Assembly: GCF_009914755.1 (NCBI RefSeq) | Contig: NC_060927.1 | Source of the DNA: the human T2T-CHM13v2.0 reference genome, Homo sapiens | DNA: 64,000 bases | Reading direction: 5' to 3' (one strand) | Shown here: positions 42,801-57,639 of the stretch, piece after piece | How the letters are laid out: each line of letters starts with the position of its first letter | How positions within the stretch are numbered: the stretch's first letter is position 1 | Notes under the pieces: generated by a model | Databases searched by the model: none | What the model saw: only the letters and a program-made list of their open reading frames with translations | Told to the model about the DNA's origin: nothing | Translations under genes and position numbers: made by a program

Positions 42801-45491
42801 TGAACAGATTGGTTCTTCTCTGGCAGTTCCTCATTCATCTCTTAATTTAATGTCAGTCTAATCAAACATTGGTACCTATCTATAAAAAGCCTTCAAGGAG
42901 GATTTGTTCACAGTCAGCTTAATAAAATAGAATTGTTAGTGTAATTGGTTTGTTTAATCACAATTACACATTTTCCCAGAAATTTTCAATGTCATTTGTT
43001 GTTCATCTTTCTATTTAAAGATTCACACATTTTCTTGTTTGGGGCTGAATATCTAGACATGAAGAAAACAAAATGGAACAGGTTATTACCGTCACAATCA
43101 ATGAATTGCCACTTAGGGTTACTAGTATTGTTTTCTGACATAGGGATCCTAAAAGGTTCACCAAGCATAATATAACTATATTATATATATATATGGCAGC
43201 ATTTAAAGAGGTGCCCCATTTTTCACACAAATCTTGTAAAAATAAATTTTATAAAAGGAAAATGCAACTTTTAGCACAGAGAGTTTTTTACAGAGCCCTA
43301 TGTATGAATTTTGTTTTTCTTCAAAGATACTAATACTTTATATATTTTGATGCCTGTTAAGAAGATAGATTTGAATTATTCTCACTTGCTAGATCCCAAA
43401 AATCTTTTAGCATCATCTTTTAGCTAGTTATATTTGATAAATGTTTTTCAAAACAAAACTTGGTTTGTTTGCATAAAGTGGATTTGTATTCTTGCTTCAT
43501 ACTTAATTTTGTGCATATTGTAGACCAGAGTTTTGCATTTTAATTGCCTATTCATTATAACTGATCGACTAAATAAATCTTCCCCAAGTTCATCCCACTA
43601 ACTGCCTACTTGCTTGTTTGTATAAATTGTCTATACGTTTATGTTACCATAAGATGAATAAAAGGAGATTTATTTTCTACTCACCAGTTACAAATTGGTA
43701 CAACTATAGTTGAATAGTTGAATAGAGATGACAATAAATGATATTTTATTTTCTAAATTCTCGAATTCAATTTGTCATTCAATAAATAAACTATTGTTGT
43801 ACTTATAGACTGTATTAAGGAAAATAGCCCAGGATTTGTTTACATTTTGCATAATAAGTTACATTTAAAAAAACCAACCAGTACCAATTAATTAATTGAT
43901 AATTATTTGATGATTTAACAAAAAATTACTAGAAAATTATCACCCAAATTTAATGAATGAAACAAATAAAAATATCGCTAAATCCCAATGTAATGTCATA
44001 GAAGGCAACAGTATTCATAAGAATGAAATTTTATTACTATGAATATAATGTGGAGAATTATAGCCATAATTCTCAGAAGCACTAGTTGAAACTGGGTTGA
44101 TCAAATGTAAAGAAAATCACAAAATTGAAGATAGTATGAAAAGAGAGACAATAATATTGGCATCCTATTATCATTCTTTCATTGGGTCCAAGAATTTTCT
44201 CGAGCGACTGGTCAGGATGAAAGAGGAATAGAGACTTAAGAATAATTGCTGCTTAATGGAAAAATATAAGACCTCTAAGCACAGGCTAGCTGAACTTTCT
44301 TGTCCCCTGTGCTGCAGTGAAATAATATACCATTTGATATTTTCCCTAGAGATAGCAAATGATCCATGAACAGAAAGCAAACACTTCTTTTACAATAGTA
44401 TTTCTTGTGAAAAATACAGAAAATATTTATTCCAAATTTTATTTAAGTAATGGTTTGCTTTATAGAACAATGTAAAGGATTGATCTGTATCAAAATTTGA
44501 AACACTGAAACAAATATTATTGATGAACTTTTTGTTTTATACTGATTAGCAGAATAAGTATGTTATTTTATATTTTTAGGCAGAAAAATATTACCAATGA
44601 ATATGTTCTGAATAAATAAAATGCCTCTTCTGATTCTTCCTCTGCAGATTGGCATCCCAGAGTTATTATCTTTGTCAACTAAAGACTTAACAATGTGATT
44701 TTTACTTTTCCTCTGTAATTATCTGAATGCATGGCATTTACACGTGGATTAGCTTAAGGAAAGATTAAACATAAATGTTCTAATAGCTACTATTCTTATG
44801 TATGGATTATTTTAATATTTCTTAGGCTTTTTATGTATGTATTCTGCTATGAGAATTAATGCTAACAGTCTGATTTGTTAGTGACTGATTGTTGAGGGCC
44901 ATGTTCTGAGTAAAGATTCTAACTTTTGAAAATAAATCTTACTAGTTGCCTATTAATTTCTATATTTAATGTAAACATAAAAGCTTTATTATTGAAAAGC
45001 ACATCTTCCTTTTAAGGAAGCCGAAACCCTAAAATAAAATCTAAAAGTCATTGCTAATCCTGAGCATCTAATAGAGCTCCTTCATCTAAACATTTGGATC
45101 AGTTTTGTATATTCAAAGGTATTTCTGGAGCTGAGTTCATAAGGTGGGAGCTAAAGAGAGCCGGATATTATAGTGCGAAGTTGGAGTTAGGAATAGTCTG
45201 AGAAGGATGGATTGGGCAAAGGAGAAAAAAAAATGAGAGCTAAGAGAGAAGAGAGTCAGCAATATCACCAAGGCTGGATGCTCCATGGGTTCATGTATTT
45301 GGTGAAAACCCAGTTGCAGGCTAAACAAAAGGGCTCTGAAACAGGAAAATCCAATGTTCGACTTTCAGTTCTTGACCTTGTGCATATAAATCCCATGTTG
45401 ATTTATAAGTCCATGTTGATTTAAATTTAATGATGGCTTATGTTTATATAAAAGTTTTCTATCAGTGACTTTTCTTATTGGCTTCCATCTT

Positions 45492-47505
45492 TTTGTAATT
45501 TCCCATTTATTTATTTTTTGTCGACAAATAATTATACATATTCATGGAGTGCTTAGTGATGTTTCAACACATATAATGTATAGGGATCAGATCCAGGTAC
45601 TCAGCATATACATCATCTCAAAAATTGATCATTTCATTGATAAATATTTATCATTTTCTTTTCACCTAATCATATCCTATTTCTAGCTATTTGAAACTAT
45701 ATCATATATTATTATTACCTGTACTCACCAATTGTACATTGGTATAGAACACTAGAACTTATTCCTTCTATCTAGCTGTAATTTTGCATCTTTTAACAAT
45801 CTTTCCCTATCCTTTCCTTCCCCCATTCTTCCCAGCCTCTAGTATCCTCTGTTCTATTTTTCACTCCCATGAGATCAACTTGTTTTAGTTTCCACATATG
45901 AGTGAGAACATGTGACATTTAACTTTTTGTTTCTGGATTATTTCACTTAACGTAATGTCCTCCAATTCTATGCATGTTGCCTTGAACCACAAAATTTATT
46001 TTTTATGACTGAATAGTATTCCATTGTGTATATATACCAAAAATTGAAAATGCATTTATCTGTTGTTGGACACCTAGGTAGATTCCATATCTTGGGTATT
46101 GTGAATAGCGCTGCAATAAACATGGGGGTACAACCGTCTCTTCAATATACTGATCTTCTCTCCTTTGGTTAAATGCCCAGTAGTAGGATTGCTGGATCTT
46201 ATGGTAGTTCTACTTGCAGTTTTTTGAGGAAACTGTATACTGTTCTCATAGTGGCTGTACTACTTTACATTTCCGCCAACAGTGTATAAGAGTTCCCTTT
46301 TCTCTGCATACTTGCCAGCATTTTTTTTTGAGTATTAATTCTTATATTTGTTTGCCATTTGTATGTCTTCTTTTGAGAAATGCCTGTTCAGATCATTTGA
46401 CCATTTTAAATTGGATTGTTTATTTTTATGCTGTTGAGATGTTAGATTTCCTTATATATTCTGGATGTTAATCCTGAGTCAGATGAGTAGTTTACAAATA
46501 TTTTCTCCCATTCTGTAGGTTGTCTTTTTACTTTGTTGATTATTTCTTTATTTTTCAGAAGGTTTTTAGTTTGATATGCTCCCATATGTCGACTTTTGCT
46601 TTTGTTGCCGTGTTTTTGAGTTCTTATTCATAAAATCTTTTTCAAGATCAATGTCCAGACCTGTTCCCATGTTTTTTTCTAGTAGTGTTTAAAGTTTCAG
46701 GTCTTAGATTTAGGTCTTTAATCCCTTTTGGGTTGCTTTTTGTATATGGAGAGAGGTGGTCTAGTTTCATTCCTTTGCATATGGATATCCAGTTTTCCCA
46801 GCACCATTTATTAGAGGCTCTCCTTTCCTCAGTGAGTGTCCTTAGCACCTTTGTTGAAAATCAGTTGGCTATAAATACATAGATTAATTTCTGGGTTCTC
46901 TATTCTGTTCCATTGGACTAAGTGTCTATTTTTGTGCTAGTACCATGATGTTTTGGTTACTACAGCTTCATAGTATTTTGAGGTCTGGTAAGGTCATGGT
47001 TCCGACTGTGTTCTCTGCTCAGTAATTCTTTGGTTATTTAGGGTCTTTTGCAGTTCCATAGAAATTTTAGAATTTTTTTTTCTATTTCTGGGAAAAATGT
47101 TATTGGTATTTTGACAGGGATTGCATTAAATCTGTAGATTGCTTGGAGTAATATTGTCGTATTAACAACATTAATTATGCTGATCCATGAGCACGGAATT
47201 TTTTTCCATTTATTTGTATCCTCTTCAATTTTCTTTAATCGGTGTTTTGTAGTTTTCCTTGTAGAGGCGTTTCACCTCCTTGGTTAAATTTATTCATAAG
47301 TATTTTTTTGTAGTTATTGTAAATGAGATTGCCCTCTTGATTTCTTTTTCAGCTAGTTCATTGTTTGCATATAGAAATGCTTCTGGTTTTTGTATATTAA
47401 TTTTGTATCCTGCATCTTTATTGAACTTGTTTATGGAGTTCTAAGTGTTTTTTTTTTTTTGTAGAGTCTTTAGGTTTTTTTTATATGTAAGATTATGTCA
47501 TCTGC
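45492..47505 (-). mobile_element. L1MA-type element, 5'-truncated (about 2 kb)
   Basis: Antisense 3'UTR plus ORF2 peptide [25 protein letters not shown]. Degenerate 16-bp TSD tattggcttccatctt / tgttggcttacatttt. Confidence 0.9.
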
Positions 47506-47909
47506 TGTTGGCTTACATTTTAACTAATGACCATAGCTGAGTGGCATGTTTGTGTTGATACAGAGAAGAAAAGGCACAACATGCAGAAGACATCCTAACT
47601 CTTCTTAATGTAATTCTGTAGAAACATGTAGACTCAGAGGTGAGCATGAGAAACAGTTCTCATGCTCCCTGGAAATTTGCAGAAATCTTTGATGGTGCAC
47701 TGTTCTTTCCTCAAGGCATCGATAGGGAAAGGGCTTGCCTCATTCTAAAAAGTTGGGTAACTGCAGCCGACACTGTTTCATAAATATTTAAAATTATAAG
47801 GAATAATGACATAAGCAGGTTTAGGAAAATTGAATTCTATTCTCTGCAGTAGCCACAATCTTCCAAAACAAATACCTAGCCATCACATTCTAGCATTTTT
47901 CGTATTAGA

Positions 47910-48120
47910 AATATGCATTCCTCAACTGTTTGGTAAGTGACTATTATGATCTGCTTTATACCAGAAACTGTGTTAGGTTCTGGAAATGCGAACATGAATA
48001 AAATTGTCACTACCCTTAATAACTTCATAGTTCTGTTTCTCTTTCAGAGAAAAACATATACATAATTACAATGCGGTATGATATAATAAGAATAGAGTTA
48101 TACAAAAACTGTGGTAGGTA
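47910..48120 (-). mobile_element. L2 fragment
   Basis: ccagaaactgtgttaggttctggaaatgcgaacatgaataaaattgtcactacccttaa. Confidence 0.55.
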
Positions 48121-48221
48121 TCCAAGACAAATAGAAAGTAATTATTACTGTGACCACTGGCAAATCTTTAGAGTAAAGGCAGAATTCATTGGGAACTTCA
48201 GGTTCAAAATGTGGGGGACTG

Positions 48222-48453
<232 letters not shown>

Positions 48454-50146
48454 GGGGGGAACTGATATCTACTTTTAATTCTCATCTGTTCTCAAGTCTC
48501 ATTGAAGTGACCTAAGAAATCCATAGCAATCCTGAAGAGCTGGGAAGGATGCCGTCAGAAGATCAGGGACTCTGGAAATATTAGAAAGGGAAAACTGATC
48601 AGTTTGGATTGATGCTGAGGGGAGCTGTAGTAATTGAGAGACACTGCTGAAAACATCCAGTGCTGCTTTTCCTAAAGGAACACTGAAAGACGGAGAGATG
48701 AGAGCATGCAGAGCCTGATGTTTAAGCACAGGAAAATTGGCAGGTAAATCACTGAACGATTTCTAGGTCAGCAGTCACCCTTTACAGAGTGCCTACATGA
48801 AGTTTTTGCCTCCAGATTATAGCTAGCAATATAGATTTCTAAGTAAAATGGAGTCTACCACAGTGGACTCCCAGTATGGGCATCAGGCCTGAAAAAATAA
48901 GCAGGACTGGTAACTCCTGTCTTCTACAATTTATGTCATGAAAATGTCATGGGCATGGAAGGAAGGTCATCGGTCCCTATGCTGCATTTTCCTTCCCACC
49001 TTCAGCTTATGCAATTTTGAGTTATATTTACTGACAGACGAAAAGTGATTTTTCGCAAGTGTTGAGGAAACATAAGCTCCCTATATGAATTAATTCTAGA
49101 TGCTAATGAGTAACTCTGAGGAAATAACAAAAAATCACTTCAAACAAAAGGAGGTCATAATGTAAACACATAACTAATCTCTGAAGAAACAATGCATAAA
49201 ATGCAACTTTAAAATAAGTCTACTTAATATTCTTAGAGTGTTTTATGGGGATATCATATCCAAACGTAAAGTTATAAACATAAAGCATAGTCTGTTGATG
49301 GAGGGAGGAGAATAAAGAATAAAAAAATTGGAAAAAGTAAAAATCATTATTATTTATAGAGGGCAGTAGAAAATTTGAATAGCAAAAGGGATATGGCTGA
49401 TAGCTAAACTATTAATCTAGAAGTGAATATATTAAGAACAAATGCAATAATACAGCATTATTATTATATGAGAAAAGAGACAAGACAGATGTAAAACATC
49501 TGATGCCAATTTAACAGACAATCTAGAAGACGATATGTAAGGAAGAAAAAAATAATATAGTAAAAGAAAAAATTCAGATCTTCCTTCAGACACAAAGAAC
49601 TTTTCCAATATTTTAAGATAACATTGTGGAAGAGGAAAATAAAAAATATAGATTTAATAAATATTGGTAAAATTTGTGAATTCCAAACTAAAGAAAATCT
49701 AAAAGACAGAAGAGGGTCCTTACAAATGAATTATTAGTTCTTAAACTGATTGCTAAGGATTATGGCAAAATGTCTATAATTTAATAATAGGATTTTGATC
49801 CTAGAATTCTATACCAAAATATAACTAAAAATAAAATCAGTATGCTACATGAGCACTTACGGGAAAAAAAATTCAAGATAAGGATGCAGTAAAACAAAAC
49901 AAAAAATGAATTCAAGAGTTAGACCTTGGGGATAAAAAGCAGTGGTGAGAGAAGGAGCCAGTAAAACTTCTAATTAAATTTTGAGTTGCTAATAATTTGG
50001 CTATGAAATTTTAAATGATTGTTAAGATGAAACTCCTGACATATGTGAGACAAAGTAGACAGTAAAATTACTGTCAACAGGGAGCTAGAATTCTACATAA
50101 TATTAACAAAATGTGAGAGAATGGGCAGGGAAAATGACTATGTTGA

Positions 50147-50449
<303 letters not shown>

Positions 50450-50745
50450 GAGTCCCTGCATTATACAATGGCTAGAGGCTGTGCATATAATTGTTTTTGC
50501 AATTAAGAGGAAACATTTTAAACATACTTTTATAAACTTAAGAAAAACTATCAATATAAAAAAAAAGAGAGTACTTCCCTATCATTCAAATAAACAAAAA
50601 ATGTAAAGAAACAACTTGATCAAAATAGGAAATTTGGCAGGAAAAAGGGCAGCCTTACCTTGATGCCAAAATAAGGCAGAAAAAGCTCAGAGTAATGCCA
50701 TTTATGAATGCAGAGATAAAATTTGAAATATTAAAAATTAATATT

Positions 50746-51006
50746 AGGAATAAGTCAAAGTTAATGAGTTATAGTGTTCTTACCACTGTAGGCTGACTAT
50801 AGTTAACAATAATATATATAGGTTCAAAGAGGAGGATATTGAATGTTCCTAACACAAAGAAATAATAAATGTTTGAGATAATAGATATGCTAATTACCCC
50901 GATCTGATCATTGTACAGTCTATATATCAAACTATAACTTAGTACCTTATGAATATGTATAATTATTTGTCAATTAGAAAAATAAAATTTAAAAATGTTA
51001 ACAACA
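50746..51006 (+). mobile_element. L1MA 3' end fragment
   Basis: gactatagttaacaataat...aacacaaagaaataataaatgtttgag...tgctaattaccccgatctgatcatt. Probable TSD aaaattaatatta / aaaactaatatta. Confidence 0.8.
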
Positions 51007-51963
51007 AAAACTAATATTACAATATAATCACGATTTTTATTTCAGAAATGTAAAGTCAATTCAACAGTAGGAAATATATTAATGTAAATTCCTACATTAA
51101 TATATTGAAAGACGATAAAATCAGTTATGCTACTTTTCTGAATCACAAAGACATTTATGTTTATAATTCTGCAAAGAAACCAGGAGACAATTGCTTTAAA
51201 AATTATATCTATCCCAATAGCATCAAAACTATAGCTATAAAGTTAAGAAACACTTCAGATTTCTATAAACAAAATCGTAAAGCTATAAGAAAATAGAGTA
51301 GGAAAGATTTAAATTGTCTAAATTAATTGCTCGTTAATAGAAATATTCAGTATTGTAAAGATATTATTTATCTCAAATTATTATATAATCTCAATGCAAT
51401 TTCTGTCGAAATTACATAAGACCTTTTTTCTTGAACTTTAAATTTTTATCCTAAAGGTTTCTTTTTTCAAAATGAAAATATTATTATACCCAAGAAAAAA
51501 TCAGATTCATCCACTTATTCAATATTATGTATAGTAGCAAAAAAGTCCTAAAGATTGATTACTCAATTATGAAACATTGTGGAAAAAGAATAATCAGTTA
51601 TTGAGACATATTATGATCCTATACAATAAGGAAAATGGGAACAATTTTAGTGATATATGTAAAAACAAAATGTCTGTACTCTATAAGGGCAAACATAAAA
51701 ATAAGAATACATGAGGACAAAGAAAGTCAAATGCCATGAAAAAATAGTGTGTTAGAATTGAACATAATAACACTTCTTGGTCTTAAAATATCTAACATAG
51801 TTGATGTGTCATCTTTCAATACAACAAATATGAAAAATACAGCAAGTGGGATCGTAAATAATTTGTATACTCAGAAAACATCAATCAAGAGCTTATTTTT
51901 CTTTCAAAGTAATTAGTTTGGAATGCCTTCTTTTTTATTTAAAAGAAAGTGATAGAGAATTAT

Positions 51964-52102
51964 CGCCTGTAATCCCAGCACTTTGGGAGGCTGAGGCGGA
52001 TGGGTCACGAGGTCAGGAGATGGAGACCATCCTGGCTAACACGGTGAAACCCCATCTCTACTAAAAATACAAAAAATTAGCCAGGCGTAGTGGTGGGCGC
52101 CT
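51964..52102 (+). mobile_element. AluY fragment lacking most of the right arm and the tail
   Basis: tcacgaggtcaggagatggagaccatcctggctaacacggtgaaacccc, ending abruptly at gggcgcct. Confidence 0.92.
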
Positions 52103-52149
52103 ATGTCTTGTCTTCTGTCTGGTCCCAACACCTTCAATGCCAACAACAT

Positions 52150-52860
52150 CTTCTTCTGTAACATAGCTAATCTCTCGATATTTTCCTACCTTCCTTGATA
52201 GACAATTTACTTTAACTGTGCCCAAATCAAATATGCTCTCTTAATGTAGATCAGCTACTAATGGGGCCACCTGGAATGCTGTAAGTTCTACACATAACAT
52301 AGTTTTAAATTACATTTACTGTTTTAGAATAGCTTTTGCCTCACACTGAACTTGCTGTTCATAAAAACCTTTTTCAAATGAATTACTTAAGTTATACTTC
52401 ATCTGTTCGGCATTTGAGAAATCATTTTTAAGGCTCAAGGGTAGGCCTAAAATATGTCTCTAATTTAATCTTATTAGTTTTTAGTCTGTCGAAATAATTT
52501 TAAATATTGATTGCCACTCTACATGTTACCTGGTTAATTCAATTTTTAGTTATTTGTAAATTTAATTAGTATGTCATTTATATCTTCTCTCAAGTTAATA
52601 ATCAAAATATCAAATTGGTCAGGATCTCATCGCCATATCACTAGAGAAAACCAGGCTGGCATGATAGTGATGGCTGTCTAGCTAGCTACAGCCTAGCTAA
52701 CTGTATTCTTGTCCCCTCCTACTTTATTACTACAGTCTCAAGAATATCATGAAAGACTTTGTTATATCTCTTCCTAGAGGAAAAATACTTCATCAATAGG
52801 AAGACTTTCAGATTGCTGTTTGCCTTTTCAAAACCAGCATAATTGTCCTTTTTGAATAGT
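52150..52860 (-). mobile_element. CR1/L3 LINE relic, RT domain
   Basis: Minus translation of 52626-52549, DPDQFDILIINLREDINDILIKFTNN, aligns without gaps to the CR1 RT motif GPVLFNIFINDLDEGIEGMLIKFADD. Confidence 0.72.
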
Positions 52861-54687
52861 CTTATATGGAGTCAAAATTTATAAAGCATAGCATGGTGGA
52901 GCTGCTGTGTTTGAAATGAGAGTGGAAAGACAGGAAACCTACTCTCATCACCCCTGTTTCTCTGAAGCCCTTCCTACATCATGGCTGCCCACAAGCCTCA
53001 GGGATGCAAGAAAAACATTTAATGACACTGATTTGTAGTGACCCATCATATTTATTGGTAGAGTCAGCTCCACTTTCAAGGAAATGAGACCAGCTAGGGA
53101 GGGAGTAAACTAGGTGAACACATGCTCATGCTTGAATGCCCACTGTTCTATTTGAAGTACTCCTTAAAATCTGTTTAATACTTTTATTAGGTAATATAAT
53201 GTGTAATAGCAATACTTTCAAGCTTACTGACATATGTGTGTGTGACATATATATTCTCCTTTTATAATAGATGAATTATAATTAGTACAAAGGCCAAATC
53301 CTGGTGTCTGCTATGTCTTCTTACAATTTTCAGTTAAAATATTTTGAAAGATCAAGAGACAAAAATTGCAATGACATGGGAAACTAAAAATAAGAATAGA
53401 CCATATGCTACTCTATGAAGGGAATTTCCAATGACTTTGTATGCACATTCAGTTGTAGACACATTCCACTCACTGTACCAGAATTGTGCGGACAGCTGCA
53501 TCTCCTATATCTGCTCTTTTGTGACTTAAGGATTACGTTGACCAGAAAATCTGGCAGCCGCTCTCATCCTGATCCACAAGAACTTCCATGGAAGATAATT
53601 TACTCAGTATCCTAACTCTAAAACATACAAAAAGGACAATTCTACTAAATGTCTTCTTAAAAAAGTGAACATCTACTTGTAAAATCATATATTTTGATAA
53701 TGGAAGAACAAATTGGAATTATGGACAATGGCAGGCTATAGGCATCTGCAAATACACAATTTGTGATGATACATAGAAGCCCAGTATATACATACTAGGT
53801 GTATGTTGTTGTTTTCCCCTTTTTCATGTAAAACCAGACAAAAGATATTGTAATATAGCTGCAATTGATTTGGGTGATAGATTTTTTATTAAAACAAGTT
53901 TTTAAAGACATATGCTTTTGAATTTTACTTATTTATTACCATATTTTGGATCTTATTTTCCATCTTTGTATGGTGAAACTATTTTTATGCGTTTACTCCT
54001 TTGGCATTACACAAAAATTGGAAATTGCATTAATGTGGAATATTCAAATTTCATTCAGAAGTTACAATTTCCAATTTATAACATGATCAAAAGTAGAGAA
54101 AGGGACAAGTATTGCATTATATCCTGTGTTATGCAATTATCTCAGGAAAAGTCTTGTATGCCGGTGCTGGCTGAGCAAATAAGAATCACTTAAGCAGTAC
54201 ACAATAGATGTAATTTTTTAAGTACTTTCCTTGTACAAAAAGAACTACAGTACAGTCTGACTCTTTATTGTAGTTAAACAGGCTAACTAGTGCACTAGTC
54301 TCCTTAGTACACTGAAACAAATGACATGACTCTATCTAACCATCTGCCTACTTATCCATCCATCCACAACAGCGGCTGCATACATTACCCCATACTGAAC
54401 ATATTTCCTCAGACGGCTCTAGAAACAAAAGGATTAATTCATCAGTACATGTAGACTAAGTATCCGGATAAGAATAACTCATATACTCTTTTGTAAAATA
54501 AAGCATCAGAATAAAGGAATTAAGGATGAGTATACGAGGTAGTATTAAACAGGATGACTTAGGGTTTATGGAAAGATTTTTCAACATAAAGGCAAAGAAG
54601 AACTATCCTGAACAATCAGAGAGCAATATGTTTCTGAAAATAATTTTCTGTGAGAATAAGAGTGAAATGTTTAAGAATATTTGTCTT

Positions 54688-54990
54688 GGCCTGGCGCGGT
54701 GGCTCACGCCTGTAATCCCAGCACTTTGGGAGGCCGAGGCGGGCGGATCACGAGGTCAGGAGATGGAGACCATCCCGGCTGGCATGCTGGAACCCCATCT
54801 CTACTAAAAATACAAAAAAAAATTAGCCGGGCGTGGTGGCAGGTGCCTGTAGTCCCAGCTACTCAGGAGGCTGAGGCAGGAGATTGGCGTGAACCCAGGA
54901 GGCGGAGCTTGCAGTGAGCCGAGATCGCTCCACGGCACTCCAGCCTGGGCGACAGAGCAAGACTCCGTCTCAAAAAAAAAAAAAAAAAAA
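54688..54990 (+). mobile_element. AluY, full length
   Basis: AluY diagnostics (ggcgtgaaccc, ggagcttgcagtgag), A19 tail, TSD agaatatttgtctt / agaatatttatctt. Confidence 0.96.
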
Positions 54991-55287
54991 GAGAGAATAT
55001 TTATCTTACTTTCTTAAGAAAAGTCCAATAACACAGCCAATGTGAGGTAGAAACAGGGACTGATACTGGTATCTCTGGCCACAAACAATAATTCTGCTGT
55101 GGGTTCACTTAAGCGATTTTCTCATATACATTGTTTTCTCATATACCTAGAAGTATGGAAGCAGAGTGGATTGTCATGTAGGCTCATTACAAAGGTCAAC
55201 TTGTCATCACGGCTTCTGTGTTTTTCCAACCTCATTGTGTTGGTTCTCTGTTTTCAGGCCTTCATGATCATGTGGTAAATCACCCTC

Positions 55288-56035
55288 ATATTCATTGCAG
55301 CATTATTCATAATAGCCAAGAGACTTAAAGTTTTCACTGACAGATGAACAAATGAAGAAAATTGGTATCCAAATACAATGGAATATTATGCAGCCATAAA
55401 ATGGAGAAAATTGCGCAATTTGAGGCAACATGGATGAGGACATTAAGCTAAGTGAAATAAGCCAGACATGGAAATAAAAATACCGGGTGATCTCAATTAT
55501 ACATAGAATCCAAAAATGTTGAATTCATAGCAGAGAGTAGAACAATGGTTGCTAGGGATTGGAGAGTGAGAAGGGATTGGGGGAAGTAGGTGAAAGGGTA
55601 CAAACCTTAAGTTATGAGTTGATTAAGTTATGGGATCTAATTACAGCATGGCAACTATTATTAATAATACTCATTGTTTACTTGAAATTTGATAAAAGTA
55701 GATTTTAAGCCTCCTGGTAACTATGATTGGTGTTGGATATGTTAATTTGATTGTGGTAGTAATTACACTATATATAGTGTAATTATTATATACATAAACA
55801 TTATATAGATACACATTTGATATTATCATTTGATATATAAATGTATATACAAGTGTATATACATTTGATACATATAAATGTATGTACATTTATATGTACA
55901 CACATTTGTATATATACACACATTTGTATATATACACACATTTTATATATATATACACACGCACATCAAATCATCAGGTTGTACACCTTGAAAAACACAT
56001 TTTTTACTTGCCAATTAAATTTTTTTAACAAAAAA
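55288..56035 (+). mobile_element. L1MA/MB 3' end with internal (TA/CA)-rich simple repeat at about 55770-55960
   Basis: tattcattgcagcattattcataatagccaag...atggaatattatgcagccataaaa...catcaggttgtacacctt. Confidence 0.85.
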
Positions 56036-56179
56036 AGGAAACAGCAAGTGTTGCTTATTTGCAAAAAATAAAAATAAAATAAAAGCAGAAGAAAGGGAAA
56101 GAAAAGAAAAAGAAAGTAGAAAAATATTTCCATTTCTATAAGGTAAAATTAACTTGAGCCTGCAGATTGAAAGTGGCCC

Positions 56180-57630
56180 CATATATTCCAGGAAAAATGA
56201 AATGAATAGTAAGACACTCACAAATTCTGTATATATTTAGTTAGGAGCAATGACATACAAATAACCTAAAAAGGAGCAAAGTTACACTGGCCTCAGACTT
56301 GAATTGTACAACACTAAATTGTGAACAACAATGCCTATAGAAATTTTAGGAGAAAAAATTGCGACCTGAGAATTCTATGTGCAGCATTATTACCAATCTA
56401 GTTTGAAAGCAAGACAACAACTATGTGTTTATGGCTTTTGAAAATATACTATTCATTTTTGTTTTCTGTAACTAAAAATATACTTAACTTAATTACTCAA
56501 TATAGAGAAAAGTCTGGTATTTTTTTTTTTTCGAGGTAAAATGGTAAGGACTCAAGATTCACATACTTATCTAAGATGTCATTCTGATGTAATGACAACA
56601 GAAGGATTTTCTTAGGTTTGAAAAGCTCTATTAAACTTGAGACTTACATATTCTTGTAGAAAAAGACATTCTTTGGTCACTTTAAGAACCTAAGAATAGT
56701 AATCTGGTAATATAAAAGGACTGATTATCTTTTTATACTTAAAGCTACATAATTGGATGAAATACAAACAACTGTAGTTGTATCCTTATTCAGTTGAATG
56801 CAAAGCTACAAAATTAAATGTTGATATCAGAAAAAAATATTCAAATCAAAAAGCATTACTGGACACTGGATGGTTATTTTACATTGATAACTCTTTCTAT
56901 TAATACCTTAAAACAGAATAAAAATGTTAAGCATTATATAGAGATGTTTACCAATAAAATGACCACTGACTCATACAAAACTCTTCTACCTTACTGAGAT
57001 ACAAACAAATACAAATCAAAATAACAATATATCATTTTCACCCTTAAATTGCAAAATCTTAAGTAATTTTGAGATTCCATTCATTTGAAGATCCCTTGGG
57101 ACGGTATTGTTGTACATGTACGTTGAATGAAACTCTGAAAAACAGTTGAATAATGTACATAGAGTCATTCTATCTCAAATCATTATGAAGGAATGAATGC
57201 TAAGGCATCATCTAAAAAATAATAAATATTTCTGTGTAATGATGTTCATCACAGTTTATAACGGTGCAAAACTGGAGACAAATATCACTGGAAGAGAAGG
57301 GTTAAAGAAATTACTTAACATATACAAAAGGCGATGTTATGTAGTTATTAAATAGATGTTTTTGAATAGTTATCATTGCATCGAACAATGCTATGGTTTA
57401 AGACAAAGTTGATTAATCCTGATGAATAATTTTATAATCATACTATCACTATGTAAAAGTACATATAAAATGTCAGGAAGAAAATATGCTGTGGTGACCA
57501 CAGTTGACACTGAAAGATAAAAGTAAAAGTAGTTTCTTTCCTTCTTCTTAATACCTTTCTACATGCTCTAATTGCCTACTTCTGATGTGAATTATCTTAA
57601 TGAATATAAGATATAAATAATTAAAATGAA
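56180..57630 (+). mobile_element. Very old L1ME-like fragments
   Basis: Degenerate L1 motifs (atatcattttcacccttaaattgcaaaa, gatgttcatcacag...gcaaaactggagac). Confidence 0.5.
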
Positions 57631-57639
57631 AGAAAAAGT

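Noticed and set aside
54286-54299. 14-bp perfect palindrome ACTAGTGCACTAGT
   Set aside because: A few palindromes of this size are expected by chance in 64 kb.
52010-54775. Shared GAGATGGAGACC variant and single Ya5-like positions in the two + strand AluYs
   Set aside because: One shared change at a CpG and isolated diagnostics are insufficient to claim gene conversion or a Ya5 assignment.
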